Shown here: positions 35,730-41,500 of the stretch, in pieces
Layout of the letters: every line of letters begins with the position of its first letter
How positions within the stretch are numbered: the stretch's first letter is position 1
Source: Chthoniobacterales bacterium
GTDB taxonomy: Bacteria; Verrucomicrobiota; Verrucomicrobiia; Chthoniobacterales; UBA10450
NCBI GenBank assembly: GCA_035639455.1
Contig: DASQXY010000030.1
Location: 1-41,500 of the forward strand
Direction of reading: 5' to 3'
Length of the DNA stretch: 41,500 nt
Position numbers and translations under genes: made by a program
Notes under the pieces: generated by a model
What the model saw: only the letters and a program-made list of their open reading frames with translations
Told to the model about the DNA's origin: nothing
Databases searched by the model: none

Positions 35730-36436
35730 AATTTGCCGTTATCCAATTTCCTGGTTCCAATTGCGACCAGGATTGCGTTTCATCCATCAACGGCATCGAG
35801 GGACTCCGCGCGGACTTCGTCTGGCATAAGGAAACTTCACTCCGAGACTACGACGCAATCGTATTACCGGGAGGTTTTGCCTACGGCGACTACTTGCGTT
35901 GCGGGGCGATCGCCCGCTTTTCGCCAATTATGCGCGCCGTGGTGAGCGACGCGCGCGCGGGTAAACTTGTCCTCGGCACCTGCAACGGCTTCCAGATCCT
36001 TTGCGAAGCGGGCCTGCTGCCGGGAGCGCTGGTGCGAAATCAGTCACTCCGGTTCGTGTGCGACATGGTCTTCACGCGCGTCGAAGTAGCTGATTCCGCT
36101 TTCACCCACGGCTGTTCCGAAGGGACGCTCTTGCGTTTGCCCATTGCTCATGGCGAAGGCCGTTTCTTTGCGGATCCCGAAACACTGCGGCGGCTAAATG
36201 ACAATCGACAACTCGTTCTCCGCTACGCCGACCGACACGGTCGCATCGTTCCGGAAGCGAATCCGAATGGTTCACTTGAGAATATTGCCGGGATTTGCAA
36301 TCGAGAGGGCAACGTATTCGGGCTTATGCCGCACCCCGATCGCGCGACAGACGAGCGTCTAGGCAGTGCCGATGGCGTGAAGATTTTCCGCTCGATGATC
36401 AAGACGATTGCGGCGCACCGCGCCCGCGCGGCGTAA
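35726..36436 (+). CDS. purQ: phosphoribosylformylglycinamidine synthase, glutaminase subunit PurQ
   Basis: 236 aa. It has [32 protein letters not shown], the nucleophile elbow GTCNGFQIL, and MPHPDR. Confidence 0.95.
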   Translation: MKFAVIQFPGSNCDQDCVSSINGIEGLRADFVWHKETSLRDYDAIVLPGGFAYGDYLRCGAIARFSPIMRAVVSDARAGKLVLGTCNGFQILCEAGLLPGALVRNQSLRFVCDMVFTRVEVADSAFTHGCSEGTLLRLPIAHGEGRFFADPETLRRLNDNRQLVLRYADRHGRIVPEANPNGSLENIAGICNREGNVFGLMPHPDRATDERLGSADGVKIFRSMIKTIAAHRARAA

Positions 36437-36446
36437 CATCGAAAAA

Positions 36447-37097
36447 GTGAGCTTGTTTGTCACCGGCACCGACACCGGTGTTGGCAAAACCCATACGATT
36501 ATACAGCTATTGCGTTTGTTGCGCCGGTCCGGCGTGTCTTGTGCAGGGTTTAAACCGATCTGCTGTGGTGATCGCAATGACGCGGAGCAAATCGTTCGTG
36601 CTAGCAATGCTTCGCTGACGATCGACGACATAAATCCCATTTGGCTGAAGGCGCCGCTTGCACCGCTGCCGGCCGCGCGAATTGAAAACGTTAGCGTCGA
36701 GATCGACCAGATTTTTGGGGCATTCAGTTCGCTCCGGGCTCGAGTTGAGGTTGTCATTGTAGAAGGTGTCGGCGGCTGGCTGGTTCCGATTCGAAGCGAT
36801 TACTTCGTCAGCGACCTTGCTGCCGAGATGAGCTTACCGGTGCTAGTTGTGGCGATGAACCGCCTCGGCTGCCTCAACCATACGTTTCTGACAGTGAAAA
36901 GCGTGCAGGAGCGCGGCCTTTGCTGCGTGGGCGTTTCGTTGAACGAAATCCCTGGCGCGAATGATCTCGCGATCTGCAGCAACGCCGATGTTTTGCGCGA
37001 GTTTCTCGACGTCCCCGTTTTGCCGGCCTGCAGTGTTCAAGCGTCCGAGCTATCGCCAATTTGGCAACAGACGCTCGGCGTCACCAGTCAGACCTGA
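36447..37097 (+). CDS. bioD: dethiobiotin synthase
   Basis: The ORF track starts at TTG 36408, inside purQ. The in-frame GTG at 36447 gives (M)[14 protein letters not shown], the usual BioD N-terminus and P-loop. [10 protein letters not shown] lies further downstream. Confidence 0.88.
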   Translation: MSLFVTGTDTGVGKTHTIIQLLRLLRRSGVSCAGFKPICCGDRNDAEQIVRASNASLTIDDINPIWLKAPLAPLPAARIENVSVEIDQIFGAFSSLRARVEVVIVEGVGGWLVPIRSDYFVSDLAAEMSLPVLVVAMNRLGCLNHTFLTVKSVQERGLCCVGVSLNEIPGANDLAICSNADVLREFLDVPVLPACSVQASELSPIWQQTLGVTSQT

Positions 37098-37179
37098 CTG
37101 TTTCGCCTGTAAACACAAGTGTAAGTAAAGTTTACACGAGTCCGTGGCATTTCTCTCGGTTGCCCTCGTGAAAATCGGC

Positions 37180-37195
37180 TGGCACTGCCGTTGCT
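37180..37195 (+). promoter_or_regulatory. sigma-54 (-24/-12) promoter, exact consensus
   Basis: TGGCAC-tgccg-TTGCT at 37180-37195 equals the consensus TGGCAC-N5-TTGCW with correct spacing. The -12 GC lies about 32 nt upstream of ATG 37226. Confidence 0.6.
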
Positions 37196-37225
37196 AACTC
37201 CGCTGCCAACAAAAGCCCCACTACT

Positions 37226-37702
37226 ATGCTACTTCAAAAAACCCTGCACATGAGTCAGCCGCTCGCTGAGTGCAAAGCGCGCTTGGCCAGCATCCAATCG
37301 TATCGCCGCCAGTTTGTGATGGTCACAAAAGCAACCGTGACCTCGTCGAAGACCGTCGACTTCAGCTTTCGCGGTCCATTTGGTTTCGAGGCAAACACAG
37401 TAGTGCTGGCGGTCGACAATGAATTGCCCGACCAATACGCGTTCGAGTCGGTCGGCGGCAATATCGAACTGGTGGGTCTCGTGGATTTTGCCGAGATTCG
37501 CCCCAACTGCACTGAAATCACGCTGGCCGTGCAGTACGAAATCAAGAACAAGCTTTTTGCTTGGCTCGATGGGCATTTGCGTTTCGTCGACGCGTTCGTG
37601 AATGCCGAACTGCGCAGCATTCGATCGCACTTCGAAGCGATCGCGATGCCCTATGTCGATCGTGCGCCGATGCTGCCCATGTTCGAAGCGGCGGCTGCGT
37701 AA
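37226..37702 (+). CDS. hypothetical protein, probably SRPBCC/START-like fold
   Basis: 158 aa. The size and the beta-alpha...long C-terminal helix pattern (KTLHMSQPLAECKARLASIQSY ... FVNAELRSIRSHFE) suggest an SRPBCC fold. There are no diagnostic motifs, so the call is tentative. Confidence 0.4.
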   Translation: MLLQKTLHMSQPLAECKARLASIQSYRRQFVMVTKATVTSSKTVDFSFRGPFGFEANTVVLAVDNELPDQYAFESVGGNIELVGLVDFAEIRPNCTEITLAVQYEIKNKLFAWLDGHLRFVDAFVNAELRSIRSHFEAIAMPYVDRAPMLPMFEAAAA

Positions 37703-37720
37703 AGATCGAGAACTACTCCG

Positions 37721-37757
37721 CAACGAGCACGGACGCGAAAAGCGTTCGTGCTCGTTG
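37721..37757. terminator. strong hairpin between the convergent SRPBCC-like gene and tyrS
   Basis: 37721-37736 pairs with 37742-37757 as 16 consecutive pairs (one G-U) around a GAAAA loop. On the + strand it is followed by TTGTTGT. It begins 19 nt after the + gene stop and ends 14 nt before the tyrS stop. Confidence 0.6.
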
Positions 37758-37770
37758 TTGTCCACGGGAA

Positions 37771-38940
37771 TCAGGCAATCCGCACAGCGTGCGTTTTATC
37801 GAGCCGGAGAATCTGGCCGTGGCGCACTGGAACCCTGGTTTTCGGATTCGTAATTTTTTGTCCGTCAAGCTGCACGCTGCCCTGTTTAATTAGGCGGCTG
37901 GCTTCGGCCCGCGATTTCGTTAGCCCAAAAGCCTGCGCGTACGCGTTCACGACAAGGGCAACGGCGGTATCCTCCGGCGCGGCGCTGAAAACGGGCAGGT
38001 CCGCCGCTTCCAGGCGTTTTTCACTAAAGCGGGTGTTCCATTCATCGAGCGCGGCTTTCGCCGCCACTGTCGAGTGATAAGTCTGCACAAGCTCAAACGC
38101 GAGCTGCTTTTTCGCCTCCATTGGATGTACATCGCGTGCGAGTTCGTGACCAAGTAAAAGCGGATAGTAGCGCGTCATCAGTTCATCAGAAATACTCATT
38201 AACTTCCCGAACATCTCGCCCGGTGGCTCGTTGACAGCGACGAAGTTGTCGAAGCTCTTGCTCATCTTTCTCGTGCCGTCGAGCCCCTCGAGGATTGGCA
38301 AAAGGAAAGCGACCTGCTGCGCCAGCCCTTCGTCCCGTTGGAAGTCGCGGCCGATCAAAATATTGAAAAGCTGATCGGTTCCGCCGAGCTCGACGTCGGC
38401 TCGTACCATCACGGAGTCCCACCCCTGCATGATCGGATACTGAATTTCATGCGCGTGAATCGGTTGCTCGTTCGCAATTCGCTCGTGAAAATCATCGCGT
38501 TGCACCATCTGCTGAAGCGTGACCCGGCTGTTCAATCGGATCACGTCTTCAAAAGTCATTTTGCGAAACCAGTCGCCATTGAAGACAATCTCGGTGCTCT
38601 TCTCGTCGAGAATCTTGAACGCCTGCTCACGGTATGTTTCGGCGTTCGCCGCCACCATCTCACGTAACAACTGCGGCCGCGTGGCTGAACGCCCACTCGG
38701 GTCGCCGATCATGCCCGTGAAGTCGCCGATAATCAGAACGGCCTGATGTCCGAGATCCTGAAACTGCCGGAGCTTCCGTAGCACAACGGTGTGGCCGAGA
38801 TGAATATCAGGTGTGGTTGGGTCAACACCGAGCTTGATGCGCAAGGGGCGGCCGAGCGCGAGCTTCTCGCGCAATTCGGCTCCGCTGATGATTTGTGCAG
38901 CACCCTGCTTCAGCAACCCAAGCGCCTCATCCGCTTCCAT
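37771..38940 (-). CDS. tyrS: tyrosine--tRNA ligase
   Basis: 389 aa. It has the HIGH motif (DIHLGH), KMSKS, and a C-terminal S4-like domain (SRAEASRLIKQGSVQLDGQKI). Confidence 0.95.
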   Translation of the reverse strand: MEADEALGLLKQGAAQIISGAELREKLALGRPLRIKLGVDPTTPDIHLGHTVVLRKLRQFQDLGHQAVLIIGDFTGMIGDPSGRSATRPQLLREMVAANAETYREQAFKILDEKSTEIVFNGDWFRKMTFEDVIRLNSRVTLQQMVQRDDFHERIANEQPIHAHEIQYPIMQGWDSVMVRADVELGGTDQLFNILIGRDFQRDEGLAQQVAFLLPILEGLDGTRKMSKSFDNFVAVNEPPGEMFGKLMSISDELMTRYYPLLLGHELARDVHPMEAKKQLAFELVQTYHSTVAAKAALDEWNTRFSEKRLEAADLPVFSAAPEDTAVALVVNAYAQAFGLTKSRAEASRLIKQGSVQLDGQKITNPKTRVPVRHGQILRLDKTHAVRIA

Positions 38941-38981
38941 GGCGCAAATTGTAGAGGCCGCCGTTCCGGCGGCAAAGTCGC

Positions 38982-39500
38982 TTACTTGTTTTTGTTCAGC
39001 AATTCACGCACATCGTCGATCGTCATCGGCGCGTTTTGTCGGTCTAACGACTTCTGGCTTTTGCCGCGGCCAAGAAATGGCCGCTCCCCGGCGTAATTGC
39101 GACTGGCGACAACTTTGCGCGCGTCATGCGTCTCGCGAACGCCGCGGGCGCGCGGCGTCACTGGTGTAGTGGAAATCTGTTGAATTTGGCTGCGCGCGTC
39201 GGTAACCGCAGTTTTCTGAGCGGCAAAGCTGCGCGAGGTGAATTGGCCGGCCGCGAATTGCCGCGTTCCAGCGTAACTCCTCGGCGCGGCTTTTTGCTCA
39301 AAATAAAACGTGTCGACATGCGCCGGTCGGTCGGCCGCTTTTCTGTCGTTCGTGAATTTCTTGTTCTGCGCCGGATTCGCAAGACTCATGTCCGGATTGA
39401 GCAGGCGATCGATCAGCTTACGTTCCTGATCCTGAGCGCGAACCGTCGACACTACAGCAACGGCGCAGATTAGAAAGAAAAACCACCGCACGTTCACCAC
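38982..39500 (-). CDS. hypothetical exported basic protein with internal short repeats
   Basis: 172 aa with signal peptide MVNVRWFFFLICAVAVVSTVRAQ. It is low-complexity and Arg/Lys/Gln-rich. The motif R-S/N-Y-A-G-x-R-x-F occurs twice. Confidence 0.55.
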   Translation of the reverse strand: MVNVRWFFFLICAVAVVSTVRAQDQERKLIDRLLNPDMSLANPAQNKKFTNDRKAADRPAHVDTFYFEQKAAPRSYAGTRQFAAGQFTSRSFAAQKTAVTDARSQIQQISTTPVTPRARGVRETHDARKVVASRNYAGERPFLGRGKSQKSLDRQNAPMTIDDVRELLNKNK

Positions 39501-39538
39501 AATGCCAACTTTGCGGCGCGTTTGTAAAGGAGATTGCG

Positions 39539-40183
39539 TTACAGCGCTGCGCGCAATCGGTTTGCGCCAGGGGGCGGACTGACGCGGCCATTCAAGATAT
39601 CCGTCGCCGTCACCGACCGTCGGTAGTAGCGCGCATTGGCCGCCGTGCGCGTCACGATCACCGCGCCTTCGAGCGACACGCCAGCGAATAGACCTTTGCT
39701 CCGGCTGTATGTGTAGACGGCGGCAGTTGGCGCAACGCTGGCTTGCAAATCGCGTCCGACCGGGCCCGCTGCCGCGCTCACGTCTGCGCCGAGCGTGACG
39801 TTTCCATCGCGCGAAAACGCCCGCACGGCGGCCCGATCGTTTAAGACCAAGACGAAATCGGTCACTTCTGCGCCGACCTGCAATCCCCAGCCGGCACCAC
39901 CCGTGCCGATGAACGACGGGCCCGACCAGCGGTTGTGATCGACCCGCGCGACGACTACGCCGTGTCCGGCCTTGCCGCTGAAGACGAACCCCGCCTTGAC
40001 CACTATCAGCACCGCCAAACCACGCGCCTGCTGCAGCACCGCGCGAGGAATCTGTTGTTCAGGCATCGAGCGGAATTCGCGAATGGTCCGCGCGGAGCGA
40101 TCGACAATTTCCTGCTCACTGGCAGCGGCAGCGGTTTGTAGCCACAGTGGCAAAAACAACACGCTCAACATGAAATTTTTCAT
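39539..40183 (-). CDS. SYLF (DUF500, Ysc84-like) lipid-binding domain protein, exported
   Basis: The ATG at 40183 (MKNFMLSVLFLPLWLQTAAAA) is preferred over the TTG at 40210. GFVFSGKAGHGVVVAR...WSGPSF...GWGLQVGAE...VTLGADVSAAAGPVGR...YTYSRSKGLFAGVSLEG is the SYLF pattern. Confidence 0.8.
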   Translation of the reverse strand: MKNFMLSVLFLPLWLQTAAAASEQEIVDRSARTIREFRSMPEQQIPRAVLQQARGLAVLIVVKAGFVFSGKAGHGVVVARVDHNRWSGPSFIGTGGAGWGLQVGAEVTDFVLVLNDRAAVRAFSRDGNVTLGADVSAAAGPVGRDLQASVAPTAAVYTYSRSKGLFAGVSLEGAVIVTRTAANARYYRRSVTATDILNGRVSPPPGANRLRAAL

Positions 40184-40239
40184 CGCGACATAACTAGTTC
40201 GTGGGTTCAAATTGGGCCGGACGTGTCGCGGCAGCGCCC

Positions 40240-40698
40240 ATGCAAACCGACGCCGAGTTCATGCGCGAAGCCCTCCGATTAGCGCACAAAGCATATGACG
40301 CTGAGGAAGTGCCCGTCGGCGCCATCGTTGTGCGCGATAGCAGGATAATCGCGCGTGCCTACAATCAGATCGAGTTGCTCAAAGATGCCACCGCGCATGC
40401 CGAGATGCTCGCCCTTACTCAAGCGGAAGCAGCTGTGGGCGATTGGCGACTCACCGACTGCGATCTCTACGTGACTAAAGAACCCTGCGCGATGTGTGCC
40501 GGCGCGATCCTGCACGTCCGCGTTCGCCGAGTCATCTTCGGTTGCCCCGATAAACGTGGCGGCGCGGCCGGAAGCGTAATCAACCTGCTTCAGATCCCGG
40601 CGTTCAATCATCAGTGCGCCATCACGTCAGGCGTGCTGCAAAGCGAATGCGCCGCCATCCTTCAGGATTTCTTTCGCAAGCAGCGAAATCGAAACTAA
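40240..40698 (+). CDS. tadA: tRNA adenosine(34) deaminase
   Basis: The internal ATG at 40240 gives MQTDAEFMREALRLA. It has the HAEMLAL and PCAMCAGA zinc-binding motifs. Confidence 0.92.
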   Translation: MQTDAEFMREALRLAHKAYDAEEVPVGAIVVRDSRIIARAYNQIELLKDATAHAEMLALTQAEAAVGDWRLTDCDLYVTKEPCAMCAGAILHVRVRRVIFGCPDKRGGAAGSVINLLQIPAFNHQCAITSGVLQSECAAILQDFFRKQRNRN

Positions 40699-40723
40699 AA
40701 CCTGAGATTTCGAGCGCCTTCGA

Positions 40724-41500
40724 CTAGTCTCGACCGCCGACATACGAGCAGGCGTCCGGGAAATCTTCGAAATTTGTGATGTGAGGAAGTTCTAGGATTG
40801 GTGCGACAAAACCATCGCCGGGAAATCCATTCGGCAGTCCACCATCGAAGAACGCCAGATTTGGCTGGAGGAATTCTGAATCTTCGGTGCTGCATACGCC
40901 ATCGATTCCGCTGCCCATCTTCACGTCCACTGTGCCTCGGAAAACGGCATTATGAAACTCGAGCAAATCGTCGCCGCTACCGGCGCCGACGCTGAAGCTA
41001 TCTTTGAAGTCCGGCCGTTTATAACCATTCGGCGTCTGCACGCCGTCGATAAGAATAACGTCATCGCCCTCGTCAGTGTGGATCTGAGTGTTACCCCGTA
41101 CGGTCACGCCGAATAGCTCGACCGTGTCATCGCCCGATCCAGTATTGATCCTCAAATTACGGGCGATGACTGCTACTCCTGGCGTTATTTCGACCCGCAC
41201 AAAATCCTTGCCCTCATTCATCGCGATTATGATGTCGCCGGTTACGCCGTCGGCATCCACGCGCCCGGAGCTGCCGTTAACTGTTGTGTCAGCCCGTCCA
41301 TTGACAACTACCGTCTGACAACACTCTTGGATTACGATGATGTTATTATCCTGATTATCGCCGGTGAGAATGAGGTCTCCGTTCTGCACTTGCAGATGTA
41401 CGTTACCTGCTGCGTGTGCGGTGGTGGGCTGGTTAAGCGCCAGCGCGCAGATGAAAGAGCCAATGATGCCGAATAAGGCGGGATAGTTCAGCATTTGCAT
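40724..41500 (-). CDS. exported repeat protein with spaced RTX-like xGxGDD motifs; the ATG lies at the window edge
   Basis: 258 aa. The signal peptide (ALFGIIGSFICALALNQPTTAHA) lies directly after the ATG at 41500, so the gene is probably complete. The repeated motifs are TGSGDDTVEL, DEGDDVILI, AGSGDDLLEF and MGSGIDGV. Confidence 0.6.
   Translation of the reverse strand: MQMLNYPALFGIIGSFICALALNQPTTAHAAGNVHLQVQNGDLILTGDNQDNNIIVIQECCQTVVVNGRADTTVNGSSGRVDADGVTGDIIIAMNEGKDFVRVEITPGVAVIARNLRINTGSGDDTVELFGVTVRGNTQIHTDEGDDVILIDGVQTPNGYKRPDFKDSFSVGAGSGDDLLEFHNAVFRGTVDVKMGSGIDGVCSTEDSEFLQPNLAFFDGGLPNGFPGDGFVAPILELPHITNFEDFPDACSYVGGRD

Noticed and set aside
1-41500. A search for CRISPR arrays, IS elements or transposases, integrases, phage genes, toxin-antitoxin pairs and known defence-system genes.
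   Set aside because: None was recognised. There are no regularly spaced repeats, no terminal inverted repeats flanking an ORF, and every sizeable ORF is accounted for above.

Overview
This is a 41.5-kb bacterial chromosomal segment. GC is roughly in the high 50s % by eye. The proteins look like those of a soil Verrucomicrobiota- or Acidobacteriota-like organism, but I cannot verify that here. I call about 33 protein genes. I found no rRNA, tRNA, CRISPR array, transposase, integrase or phage gene.

Housekeeping core:
- rplA-rplJ-rplL-rpoB-rpoC (13.1-23.2 kb)
- a PduO-type corrinoid adenosyltransferase
- rpsB-tsf
- purS-purQ-bioD
- tyrS
- tadA

Less ordinary content:
1. The left 7 kb is an envelope-glycan locus. 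It holds partial rfbA, a GT4 glycosyltransferase with a duplicated N-terminal subdomain appended at its C-terminus, a Dabb-barrel protein, and three GT-C-like polytopic membrane proteins. Two of those are paralogs that flank a lower-GC ArnT/PMT-like gene.
2. Three exported hydrolases sit together: DUF885, a CocE/NonD S15 hydrolase and an amidohydrolase.
3. rplA has its own promoter and no rplK/nusG/secE upstream. The rplJ-rplL spacer carries four hairpins.
4. A DUF892 ferritin-like gene sits next to a two-domain (PE+ligase) LigD, with no Pol domain and no Ku in the window.
5. A roughly 1180-aa multi-PAS/GAF hybrid histidine kinase is followed by a REC-only protein, and no Hpt domain is visible.
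6. A Pmp3/YqaE-type proteolipid ORF is inserted between purS and purQ, with 4-nt overlaps on both sides.
7. An exact-consensus sigma-54 promoter, an upstream AT-rich inverted repeat and a 16-bp terminator hairpin frame a single SRPBCC-like gene.
8. An exported protein at the right edge has spaced RTX-like GxGDD motifs.

I could not establish a clear novel multi-gene system such as a defence system. The best candidates for follow-up are the glycan locus with the GT4 duplication, the purS-proteolipid-purQ coupling, and the sigma-54 single-gene unit. All family assignments come from motif recognition by eye, not from searches.
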